A DNA stretch of 64,000 nucleotides from the NCBI GenBank assembly GCA_965219955.1, contig OZ244799.1, positions 2,496,001-2,560,000 on the forward strand, given 5' to 3'. The stretch's first letter is position 1. Every line of letters begins with the position of its first letter. The position numbers and the translations under genes are program-made. The notes beneath the pieces are model-generated. The model was not told the origin of the DNA and did no database searches. It saw only the letters and a list, made by a program, of their open reading frames with translations. Positions 1-8,665 of the stretch are shown here, one piece after another. The DNA is from a bacterium. GTDB taxonomy: Bacteria > UBA8248.

Positions 1-380
1 TCAAGCCGATGGATATCGTCCTCATCCGAACCGATCACACCACGAAGTATCTCTACACCCCCGATTTCGAACAAACCCACCCCGGCATGAGCGTCGACGC
101 CACGGAATGGCTCGTCGATCAGGGGATCAAGGTGATGGGGATAGATGCATGGGGCTTTGACATACCCGTCTCCAGGATGACCGAACTCAGACGCCAGGGA
201 AACACGAAAGATTTCTTCGGCAGTCATTTCCTGGGCCGCAAAAAAGAGTACATCCACGCGGAAAAACTTATGAATCTCGATAAGCTCCCCGAGTTCGGGT
301 TCACCGTCTCGATGCTCCCCATCAAGATAGAGCGCGCAAGCGGCGCCTGGTGTCGGGCGGTGGCCATCATCGACGATTAG
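1..380 (+). CDS. Cyclase/kynurenine formamidase family protein (probably 5'-truncated by the window edge)
   Basis: DIVLIRT, HPG, GIDAWGFD, H...EKLMNLDKLP and LPIKIERASGAWCRAVA match the C-terminal half of the cyclase family. Confidence 0.8.
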   Translation, partial: KPMDIVLIRTDHTTKYLYTPDFEQTHPGMSVDATEWLVDQGIKVMGIDAWGFDIPVSRMTELRRQGNTKDFFGSHFLGRKKEYIHAEKLMNLDKLPEFGFTVSMLPIKIERASGAWCRAVAIIDD

Positions 381-492
381 CCCGAATTTCTCCGGGGAGG
401 CCGAGACCGGCGCGTGGAGTGACTTCTCGGAAAAATATGATAATATCTCCCGCATACTTGGGAGTGTGGCAATAACCTAGAGGAGTGGTTCG

Positions 493-690
493 ATGGCTTT
501 ACACGGGAGCGCGGTGAATCAACAAGTCATATCGGGTGGCCTCATCCAGCGCATGGCGGCCGTCAAGCCGGCCATCCTGGCGATCGTTCTCGGCATATTC
601 ATTCTCTACGGCGTGGGCTTCGCCCAACCGCAACTCGTTCATGACGCCGCTCACGACACCCGGCATGCATTCGCCTTCCCCTGCCACTAA
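493..690 (+). CDS. cbtB: Cobalt transporter subunit CbtB-domain protein
   Basis: One TM helix followed by HDAAHDTRHAFAFPCH; AGAGGAG SD upstream. Confidence 0.9.
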   Translation: MALHGSAVNQQVISGGLIQRMAAVKPAILAIVLGIFILYGVGFAQPQLVHDAAHDTRHAFAFPCH

Positions 691-721
691 CAAGCCGGAG
701 TAACGTTTCACCATACGATAG

Positions 722-753
722 GCGGCGCCTCGTCCCGAGGCGCCGTTTTTTCT
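722..753 (+). terminator. Intrinsic terminator after cbtB
   Basis: CGGCGCCTCG-TCC-CGAGGCGCCG stem followed by TTTTTTCTTT. Confidence 0.8.
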
Positions 754-765
754 TTGAGGAACCGG

Positions 766-1116
766 ATGCCCGAGGATAAAACAGAACTTAAGCCTTGGGG
801 GTATTTCACCGTATTGGCCGATGAGGTGGACCATAAGGTCAAACGGGTCGTCGTTCATCCGGGCCATCGCCTCAGCCTGCAGCGCCACATGCGCAGATCG
901 GAGCACTGGCACGCCATATCCGGACAAGCCGTCGTCATTCGCGAAGAAGAAGAAATCGCGTTTTCCGCCGGCGAGAGCATCGATATCCCACAAGGTACAT
1001 GGCACAGGATTCAAAACGAAGAAGACTCGCCCTTCATTTTCATCGAGGTGCAAACCGGCGCCTACTTCGGCGAGGACGACGTCGAACGACGAGAAGATGA
1101 TTACGGAAGAGTCTGA
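766..1116 (+). CDS. Cupin, standalone mannose-6-phosphate isomerase type II C-terminal domain
   Basis: KPWG, LSLQRHMRRSEHW, HRIQN, IEVQTGAYFGEDDVERREDDYGR; GAGGA SD before ATG766. Confidence 0.9.
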   Translation: MPEDKTELKPWGYFTVLADEVDHKVKRVVVHPGHRLSLQRHMRRSEHWHAISGQAVVIREEEEIAFSAGESIDIPQGTWHRIQNEEDSPFIFIEVQTGAYFGEDDVERREDDYGRV

Positions 1117-1147
1117 TGAGGCATCATTTGGATAACCCGGGTAAATA

Positions 1148-1176
1148 AACACCCCCACCGCTTGAGGGGGTGTTTC
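1148..1176. terminator. Hairpin between convergent genes
   Basis: AAACACCCCC...GGGGGTGTTT. Confidence 0.6.
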
Positions 1177-1206
1177 TGAATCACATGGGGATGCAACCGT
1201 TTCAAC

Positions 1207-2406
1207 CTAGCCTTTACGAAGCTGCTCCAACGCTACGGCCAGACGCTCCACGCCGCGCTCGCACTCTTCCGTCGAGCACGAATAGGCGATTCTGATGTAT
1301 CCCTCGCCGCCGAAAACAGCGCCGTTCACCGTCGCGATGGCGTGCTCGTTCAGAAGGTAGTCCGCCACCTCGCCCGAGGTTTCCCCAAAAACCTTCACGT
1401 TCGGGAAAGCATAGAATGCGCCCGTAGGCTCCGCCAGCGTGACGCCCTCTATGGCGCGCAGCCCTTCTGATATCACGCGCCGCCGCTTGTCGAATTCACT
1501 CGTCATCGCCTCCATGGGCGCCTGATCCTCGAGCACGCCGCGCGCCGCGCCATGCTGAATGAACGTGTTGACGCACACGGTGGTGTATTGGCGGATCTTG
1601 AGCAGGTGGCGGGTAATCTCGGGGCTCGCCACCGTCCAGCCCAGGCGCCAGCCGTCCATGCTGTAGAATTTCGAAAACCCGTTGATAATTACCGTACGCT
1701 CCGCCATGCCGGGCTGTGAGAAAATACTCGGGGCGCATGGCGCATCGCCGTAATATATGCGCGCATATATCTCGTCACTCATCACCATGAAATTGCGCTG
1801 CACCGCCAGTTCGGCGATTTTTTTGAGTTCACTCTCGGGGATCGTACAACCCGTGGGGTTGCCGGGCGAAGTGAGACAAACGAGTTTCGTCTTGGGCGTC
1901 AGAACCGCCTCGATGTCCTCGGCGCGCAACGCGAAGTCGTTCTCTTCTTTCGTCATCACCTCGACGGGCACGCCACCCGCCAACGCCGTGCAGGACTTAT
2001 AGTGATGCCAGTTCGGCTGCGCGATGATCACCTCGTCGCCCGGATCGACCAGCGCCAGCATGGAAACCATGATGCCCTCGTTCGCTCCCGCCATGACGAT
2101 CACCTGCGTATCGGGGTTCACCTCCACGCCGGTGTCGATTTCCGTTCTGTATGCAATACCCTTTCTCAGGGCGGGAACCCCCGTGCTGGGAGCGTAGTGT
2201 ACGTCACCACGCGCGAGGGACTCGGCGGCCCCTTGCTTGATGTGCCCGGGCGTATCGAAATCGGTGCGGCCGATCTGCCAGTGGATGACGTCACGCCCCT
2301 CGTTTTCGAGTTTCGCCACGGCGTCGAAGACCTTGCGAATGCCCGAGAAGGGAATCTCTTCCAAACGATCCGCGCCCACGGCCTGGGCGTCAAAAGCAAT
2401 ACTCAT
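1207..2406 (-). CDS. PLP-dependent aminotransferase class I/II (aspartate aminotransferase-like)
   Basis: SPGNPTG, SDEIY, GFSKFYSMDGWRLG, GAFYAF, YIRIAY. Confidence 0.92.
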   Translation of the reverse strand: MSIAFDAQAVGADRLEEIPFSGIRKVFDAVAKLENEGRDVIHWQIGRTDFDTPGHIKQGAAESLARGDVHYAPSTGVPALRKGIAYRTEIDTGVEVNPDTQVIVMAGANEGIMVSMLALVDPGDEVIIAQPNWHHYKSCTALAGGVPVEVMTKEENDFALRAEDIEAVLTPKTKLVCLTSPGNPTGCTIPESELKKIAELAVQRNFMVMSDEIYARIYYGDAPCAPSIFSQPGMAERTVIINGFSKFYSMDGWRLGWTVASPEITRHLLKIRQYTTVCVNTFIQHGAARGVLEDQAPMEAMTSEFDKRRRVISEGLRAIEGVTLAEPTGAFYAFPNVKVFGETSGEVADYLLNEHAIATVNGAVFGGEGYIRIAYSCSTEECERGVERLAVALEQLRKG

Positions 2407-2607
2407 CTATCATCTCCTAGCAAATGAAAATGACCATAAGAACAATAATTTCAAATCACCGAACACGCGATTCAAGCCGCTCGTTATAGCTTTTGAGGCG
2501 CCGAGGCGCAAGAGAGTTGCCCGCCCCGGATTTCTCTCAGTTACAACCAGACGTTATCCTGTTTTTCGGCGAAGGAAAGTGTAAATGACTATCCGACTGC
2601 CGGACGA

Positions 2608-3396
2608 CTAGAGCAAATCTCCCTGGAGGACGGTTACGGCCTTACCACTCAGGACGATGCGGTCTCCCAGAATTCTCATACGCACCACCCCGCCTCGCGC
2701 CGATGCCTGATAGGCCGTAAGTTCTTCTTTTCTAAGGTGTTTCGCCCAGAACGGCCCCAGGCAACAGTGGGCGGAACCCGTCACAGGGTCTTCGTTCACG
2801 CCGAGCCCGGGTGCGAAGAATCGAGACACGAAATCGTATCGGGGGTCATCGGATCGCGCCGTGACGATGCAGCCGCGCATGGAAACCGTCTGGAGAAGCT
2901 GGAAATCCGGCGCCAGGGCCCTGATCGCCTCCTCGGAGTCGGCTTCCACGAAATAATCAAACTCGTTTTTCCCTACATAGCGGGGCATAAGACCAAGACC
3001 CTCCACCAGGGCGTCAGGAGGCGCTGCGGGAGACTCTCGGCTGATGGGGAAATTCATCTCTATCCATTCATCTTTGTGTTCACAGGTCAAAACCCCGCTT
3101 TTCGTGTGGAAGATGACCGTCTCATCGGAACCCAGATGCCCCTTCTCCCAAAGAACATGGGCGCTCGCAAGCGTGGCGTGGCCGCAAAGGTCCACCTCGC
3201 TCGCGGGCGTGAACCATCGCAGGCCGTAGCCGTCTTCCTGTTTCACCACGAAAGCGGTTTCAGAGAGGTTCATCTCCGCCGCCACGCGCTGCATCCACCC
3301 CTCATCCACTTGCGTCGGCAGGATGCAGACGGCGGCCGGATTGCCCGAAAAAGGCGTATCTGTAAACGCATCCACCTGTACGATGGGAAATGACAT
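2608..3396 (-). CDS. PhzF family isomerase/epimerase
   Basis: QVDAFT..GNPAAV, NLSETAF, EVDLCGHATLA, EDPVTGSAH; start re-called at MSFPIV. Confidence 0.92.
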   Translation of the reverse strand: MSFPIVQVDAFTDTPFSGNPAAVCILPTQVDEGWMQRVAAEMNLSETAFVVKQEDGYGLRWFTPASEVDLCGHATLASAHVLWEKGHLGSDETVIFHTKSGVLTCEHKDEWIEMNFPISRESPAAPPDALVEGLGLMPRYVGKNEFDYFVEADSEEAIRALAPDFQLLQTVSMRGCIVTARSDDPRYDFVSRFFAPGLGVNEDPVTGSAHCCLGPFWAKHLRKEELTAYQASARGGVVRMRILGDRIVLSGKAVTVLQGDLL

Positions 3397-3419
3397 AAGG
3401 CCTTCTCGTGGAAAAACAG

Positions 3420-3890
3420 TCAGATACGTTTGATGACGTCGCCTGCGCGAATCGAGCCTTCGCTCAACACTTGCGCGTTCAGCCCCGAGCGGTTGATGAG
3501 CGCATCGTGCAGGCCATCTATCCCCAGCAGATTCTCGAAATACCTGCAAGGCTCGTTCAGGCGAACGCCGCGCATCTTCACATCCCCCACCTGAAACTCC
3601 GCCCCCACCAGGTGATTGAGCGGTACGCCTCGCGTCAGGATGTTTCGCCTGCTCTGACCCGCGTCGAGATGGATATTGTGATCACGCGCAAGCGCCTCGA
3701 TCGCCTCGATTTCGATGAGCGTGACCTCGCGATCGGGCCCCTGTTTCTTGGAATACGTGCCCACGCCCTCGGCGTAGCGATCCCCCGCAAGTCCTGATCC
3801 TGCAACTACTTGCGCCTGGGCGACCTCCATCATGGGTTCACCGCCCACCGAAGCGATATGTACCGAGACCACCTCGCCCTCGAAAGTCAT
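3420..3890 (-). CDS. MOSC domain protein
   Basis: GLAGDRY, REVTLI, RRNILTRG, EPC, G-L-x-A-x-V..G.IRAGD; ATG3890 overlaps the upstream stop (ATGA). Confidence 0.88.
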   Translation of the reverse strand: MTFEGEVVSVHIASVGGEPMMEVAQAQVVAGSGLAGDRYAEGVGTYSKKQGPDREVTLIEIEAIEALARDHNIHLDAGQSRRNILTRGVPLNHLVGAEFQVGDVKMRGVRLNEPCRYFENLLGIDGLHDALINRSGLNAQVLSEGSIRAGDVIKRI

Positions 3891-4129
3891 GCTTTCACAT
3901 GCTCCCCGATGAGATTGACGGCTTCTTCTTCCGTGGGAAAGTTGCCTGAATCGAGTTTCGACCACAAAAGTTCGCCGTCGAGCACCAGTTCGAAAGAGCC
4001 GACGCGAAAATTTCCGTCTTCGTTTCCGGCGATTTCCATATCCGGGAAATGTTTTTTCAATTCCTGAGCCAACTGCTCATATCGTGGCCCGTAGTTTCAC
4101 TTTTCGCAGTATTCAACGTGAAGTTTCAT
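3887..4129 (-). CDS. SelW/SelT/SelH (Rdx family) selenoprotein with CxxU motif, in-frame UGA at 4099-4097
   Basis: Manual translation MKLHVEYCEK(U)NYGPRYEQLAQEL...GSFELVLDGELLWSKL..GNFP; AGAGGGG SD; hairpin TGAGC-AGTTG-GCTCA 3' of the UGA. Confidence 0.9.
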
Positions 4130-4336
4130 TCATCCCCTCTCCAGTTGAGAACAAAAGTTGGCGGGCACCCGCATCATAGAAGAATTCCGCCGTGAGGAGA
4201 AGGCGCGCGAGAAGTAAAATCGAGAAATCAGGTACCGCACAACCGCAAAGCTCAGAAACCCTTACGCGGCTTGACTATTTCGCCGACACAAGAGAAAAAG
4301 TCCCCCGATTTCCGAAGAAAACTTCAAGGAGGCGAA

Positions 4337-5740
4337 ATGGCTGGTATCACACGTGTGGGAGCATATATACCCTTTCATCGGCTGGGCGGAGACACCGTGC
4401 GGGCCGTATGGGGCAGCGGCAGCCCGAGGGCTTCACGCCCGCTGGCCGGTTTCGACGAAGACTCCATCACCATGGGAGTGGAGGCGCTCATCAACGCCGC
4501 AGGCTGGGGCGATTCCCAAGTCGATTCGCTGTATTTCGCTTCCACGTCTCACCCATATGCCGAGAAATCAAACGCTTCCGTCCTCGCGGCGGCGGCCGAT
4601 CTGCCCGAAAAACTCTTCACCTTGGATGCGGGCGGCTCCGTGCGCGCGGGCACGTCCGCCCTCAAGGCCGCGTGTGACGCCATAGAAGCAGGCTCCTCCA
4701 AATCGGCGGCCGTTGTGGCGGCGGAGAAAAGGCCATCCCTGCCGGGAAGCCCCGATGAATTAAGCCTTTGCGACGGCGCGGCGGCGGTGTTGCTCGGCAA
4801 GGGAGACGACGTCGCCGCAGAGATCGAGGCGATTTACTCATGGTCCGAGGATTTCATCGACAGGTGGCGGCTGCCGGGGGAGGGGGCCGTCTCAGCCGGT
4901 GACGCCAAATTCATCCAGGACTACGGCTACGTTCGCCAGAGCGTCGCCACGGTCGAGGGATTGCTCAGCCAGACGGGCGCCACGAGGGAAGACATCGCGC
5001 GGGTGCTCGTCTACGCCCCCGACGCCCGCACCCACGCCGCCATCGCCCGAAAACTGGGCTTTCCAGACTCTGCTTATCCCGAAAACCCCCTCATCGCGCG
5101 GCTGGGGGACGCCGGGGCGGCGGCGCCCCTGCTCGCTCTCGTCGATGCGCTCCAGAACGCGGAACCGGGCGAGCACGTCATCGTCGCGGGCCATGGCAGC
5201 GGGGGCGAGGCCATCCTGCTCCGGGCGACGGACAAGGTCCATTCCTTGAGATCACAGCGGGGAGTCGGCTGGTCCGTCGAGCGCGCGCGGCCCATCCCGA
5301 ATTACGGCCAATGGTTGAAATTCAACGGCTTGTCTCCCGAAGAGGAAATCAAGCCCTTCACCTCGCCCAGCATCCTCTGGAAGGAAAACAGGGCGACCAT
5401 GCGCCTGATGGCCGGCGTTTGCCGCGTCTGCGGGGAGCTTCAGTATCCCCGCCAGCAGGTCTGCAACGCCTGCGGCGCGCGGGATGAGTGGGATGAGCGC
5501 AAACTGGGCCGCCGGGGCAAAATCTTCACCTTCATCCACGATTACCTGCCCCCCTCGCCCGAGGGCTTCATCACGATGGCGACGGTGGAACTCGATGGCG
5601 GCGGCCGGTTTTACGGCCAGATGACGAACCAGGTGAAGGACGACGTCCACATCGGAATGGAGTGCGAACTCACATTCAGGCTTCTCCATCAGGGCGATGG
5701 GTATTATAATTACTTCTGGAAACTACGCCCCGCCGAATAG
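4337..5740 (+). CDS. HMG-CoA synthase-like domain fused to a C-terminal DUF35 Zn-ribbon/OB-fold
   Basis: GAYIPFHRL, DEDSITMGVEA, DGAAAVLL; CRVC...CNAC plus OB fold YFWK; AAGGAGG SD before ATG4337. Confidence 0.85.
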   Translation: MAGITRVGAYIPFHRLGGDTVRAVWGSGSPRASRPLAGFDEDSITMGVEALINAAGWGDSQVDSLYFASTSHPYAEKSNASVLAAAADLPEKLFTLDAGGSVRAGTSALKAACDAIEAGSSKSAAVVAAEKRPSLPGSPDELSLCDGAAAVLLGKGDDVAAEIEAIYSWSEDFIDRWRLPGEGAVSAGDAKFIQDYGYVRQSVATVEGLLSQTGATREDIARVLVYAPDARTHAAIARKLGFPDSAYPENPLIARLGDAGAAAPLLALVDALQNAEPGEHVIVAGHGSGGEAILLRATDKVHSLRSQRGVGWSVERARPIPNYGQWLKFNGLSPEEEIKPFTSPSILWKENRATMRLMAGVCRVCGELQYPRQQVCNACGARDEWDERKLGRRGKIFTFIHDYLPPSPEGFITMATVELDGGGRFYGQMTNQVKDDVHIGMECELTFRLLHQGDGYYNYFWKLRPAE

Positions 5741-5788
5741 GGATTTTATATTTCCCCGGGGAAAACCTCTTTTTTCAAGGAGTTGGCC

Positions 5789-6985
5789 ATGAGCGGAAAC
5801 ATCGCCGGAAAAGTCGCCATCATCGGCGCGGGCATCACGAAATTCGGGGAACTCTTCGAGCAGAGCTACAACGACCTCGTGGTGGAGGCCGCCTTCGAGG
5901 CCTACGAGGACGCGGGCGTGAGCGGCGAGGATATCGAGGCCGCTTGGCTGGGCACGTATCTGCCGCTCGGCTGGGGCTTCGACGGCACGGGCGGACCCTC
6001 GCTCGCCGAGGCGCTCAACCTCTACCCGAAGCCCGTCTCGCGGGTCGCGAACTACTGCACGACGGGCATGGAGGCCGTCCGCATGGCGGCGATGGCCGTC
6101 GCTTCGGGCATGCACGACGTCGTCCTCGCCGTCGGCGCCGAGAAGATGCGCGAGGTCCCGCCCCGGGGCAGCCTGGTCGCGCAACACGTTGAAAAACTTC
6201 ACCCTATGTACTCGAAGGGCCGCACGGCCCCGGGCAGTTTCGCCGTTCTGGCGAGGCGGTATTTCGAGGAGTTCGGCGCGGACAAGGAAGACCTCGCCGA
6301 GGTGGCGGTCAAGAACCACTACCACGGGAGCCTGAACAAGCGCGCGCACTTCCGGAAGGAGATCACCAAGGAGCAGGTCCTGAAGGCCCCGCCCGTCACG
6401 GAGCCCTTGGGGCTTTATGATTGCTGCCCCACGACGGACGGCGCCGCCGCGGTCGTTCTCTGCCGGGCGGAGCTGGCCGAGGCGCGCTTCGACAAGAAAG
6501 ACTACGTCCTGATCGACGGCATGGGGCTCTCGTGTGCGACGGGCTACATCACCACGGCGTTCAACCCCAGGTTCAGCTTCATCGGCTTCGAGGCCACGCA
6601 GGAGGCCGCGCGCCAGGCCTATGAGCAGTCCGGCGTGACGAACCCGCTCGAGGAGATAGACGTCGCGGAAGTGCATGATTGTTTTACGATTACGGAGATC
6701 CTGAACTACGAGGACTTAGGTTTCGTCGAGAAGGGCGAGGGCCCCGAATTCGTGAAGAGCGGTGCGAGCAAACTCGGCGGCGAACTGCCCGTGAACACCT
6801 CGGGCGGCCTCAAAAGCTGCGGCCATCCCATCGGCGCGACGGGCGCGCGCGTGGTCGCCGACCTGACGCACCAGCTCCTTGGGCGCTGCGGCGACCGCCA
6901 GGTGAAGGGCGCGAAACGGGCGCTCGGCCACACCCTGGGCGGGCCGGGCGCGGTCTCGAGCGTCTTCGTCCTGAGCAAGAACTAG
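5789..6985 (+). CDS. SCP-x-type thiolase (acetyl-CoA acetyltransferase family)
   Basis: NYCTTG, KNH, DCCPTTDGAAA, EVHDCF, VNTSGGLKSCGHPIGATG. Confidence 0.9.
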   Translation: MSGNIAGKVAIIGAGITKFGELFEQSYNDLVVEAAFEAYEDAGVSGEDIEAAWLGTYLPLGWGFDGTGGPSLAEALNLYPKPVSRVANYCTTGMEAVRMAAMAVASGMHDVVLAVGAEKMREVPPRGSLVAQHVEKLHPMYSKGRTAPGSFAVLARRYFEEFGADKEDLAEVAVKNHYHGSLNKRAHFRKEITKEQVLKAPPVTEPLGLYDCCPTTDGAAAVVLCRAELAEARFDKKDYVLIDGMGLSCATGYITTAFNPRFSFIGFEATQEAARQAYEQSGVTNPLEEIDVAEVHDCFTITEILNYEDLGFVEKGEGPEFVKSGASKLGGELPVNTSGGLKSCGHPIGATGARVVADLTHQLLGRCGDRQVKGAKRALGHTLGGPGAVSSVFVLSKN

Positions 6986-7157
6986 CCAGTCGCATCATGC
7001 CCCCGGGCGGGCGCCCGGGGGATTTTCATCTCGGTAATTCCCCGCAAATCCGCGCATTTGCCGTTATTGCGCGAGTTCCGCTTCATGGCAGAATTCCCCT
7101 GCGTCGCGACCCGGATGCGTCTCTTCCCAGGAAAATAATTCCCGGAAATACCCCTTC

Positions 7158-7441
7158 AATTTATCGAAAAACCCCGTGAATTTATCTGATTTTATCGTAT
7201 TTTACGGAAATTCCATTTTCTCGAACGAAGCACCCGGCTTCGCCATCATACCGGAATCCTCCGAATCCGCGCGGACGGCAAATGCGGGCAAATGCGCCTT
7301 CCGCGACCAGCCGGAGCGGCAGTCCGATCCCCGCGATCTGCACCCTTCCGCCGCCTGAAAACCGCAGGCCGAAGGGCGGCCTCTCCAGCATACCGCATCG
7401 GCGCGAAATGCGGGCGACGGCAAATGCGGGGAAATGCGTGT
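7158..7441. repeat. Degenerate dispersed intergenic element, inverted copy at 56542-56779
   Basis: 7158-7186 matches rc of 56751-56779 (28/29); 7416-7441 matches rc of 56542-56567 (25/26). Confidence 0.7.
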
Positions 7442-7526
7442 GTGAAGGTGGTGGTGCGGCGAACGGTATCCGCCCGGCCCGCCTGCGGAATGTCTCACCG
7501 CAGACGGGCGCAAAGCGGTTTCTACC

Positions 7527-8633
7527 CTACTTGAACACCTTGAGCCACTCGCCGCGCACTGCCTTGAAGCTGCGCTGGGCGGCGACCCAGTCCTTGAGAC
7601 CGATCAGCTTCACCTTGCTGAGATCCATCAGGAAAGGACGCACGTTCTCGGGCGGCGTGTAGTTCTCCCGGAAGGAATAGATGGCTTCGTTGCCGACGTA
7701 GATGTCGGTGCCTTCCTTGCTCATCAGGAACTCGAGCAGGAGCTTGCCCGCGTTGGGGTGCGGCGAGCCCTTGATCACGCCCGCCTGGTTGCCGAGCATG
7801 ACCTGGCCTTCCTTGAAGTGGCTGGACTTGATGATCTTGGCGAGAGACGGCTTTTTGAGGACGTTCTGGTAGATGCGTCCCGTGAGGTTGAACATGTCCA
7901 CCGGACTCTCGCAGTTGATCACCGCCTGGATGCGCGGCTCGGTGCGGAACATGACGACGGGCTTGGTGGCCTTCATCCGTTTCCAGAAATCGCTCATGTC
8001 CACGCCCGCCTCGGTCAGGCCGATGACGGTGTTGGTGGTCGTGAAGCTCTTGGTGATGTCGGTCACGATGGTCTTGCCCGTGAGCGAGGGGTGGACCACG
8101 TCGAACAGCGAGGTGACCTTGAAGTCCTTCATGCCCGGACACGAACTGTTCCACACGGGCTGGAAGCTGTAGGCGAGCGGCGTCACGATGTAGGGGTAGT
8201 TGTGGTACTGGCCGGCCCCCTCCACGACCTTGACGAGGTCTTTCCAGTTGCCGCTGTCGAGCTTCAGGAACGCGCCGCGCTTCACCGCCGCGTGGAAGAA
8301 CCCGGGCGCGCTCACCAGGTGGATGTCCACGGTGAACTTGCCCGCCTTGATCTCCTGGCGCACCTGCGCGACCGTCGAGCCGGTTCCCTTGCGCACGTTA
8401 CGGAACTTGAAGCCGTCCCCCAGGCCGTAGCGCTTGATGAAGGCGGGGCCCATCTTTTTGGAAGTCCGGTCGCTGAACAGCGGGTTGAGGATGACGACGC
8501 CGCCCTCTTTTTTCGCCGCCCGGATGAGCTTCTTCTCCTGCTCGGTGATCATGGCGGCTTGCGTGAGCGAAGCGCCCGCGACGCATATCGCCGCCAGGAG
8601 CGCGATGCCGAAGACAAAAAGTTTCTTTCTCAT
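7527..8633 (-). CDS. ABC transporter extracellular solute-binding protein (Fe3+/polyamine-like family)
   Basis: Signal peptide; AAKKEGGV and SPHPNAGKLLLEFLMSKEG motifs; no permease adjacent. Confidence 0.8.
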   Translation of the reverse strand: MRKKLFVFGIALLAAICVAGASLTQAAMITEQEKKLIRAAKKEGGVVILNPLFSDRTSKKMGPAFIKRYGLGDGFKFRNVRKGTGSTVAQVRQEIKAGKFTVDIHLVSAPGFFHAAVKRGAFLKLDSGNWKDLVKVVEGAGQYHNYPYIVTPLAYSFQPVWNSSCPGMKDFKVTSLFDVVHPSLTGKTIVTDITKSFTTTNTVIGLTEAGVDMSDFWKRMKATKPVVMFRTEPRIQAVINCESPVDMFNLTGRIYQNVLKKPSLAKIIKSSHFKEGQVMLGNQAGVIKGSPHPNAGKLLLEFLMSKEGTDIYVGNEAIYSFRENYTPPENVRPFLMDLSKVKLIGLKDWVAAQRSFKAVRGEWLKVFK

Positions 8634-8665
8634 GTGCTTCCTCCTGTCTGGTGGTTGTTGGTCCA

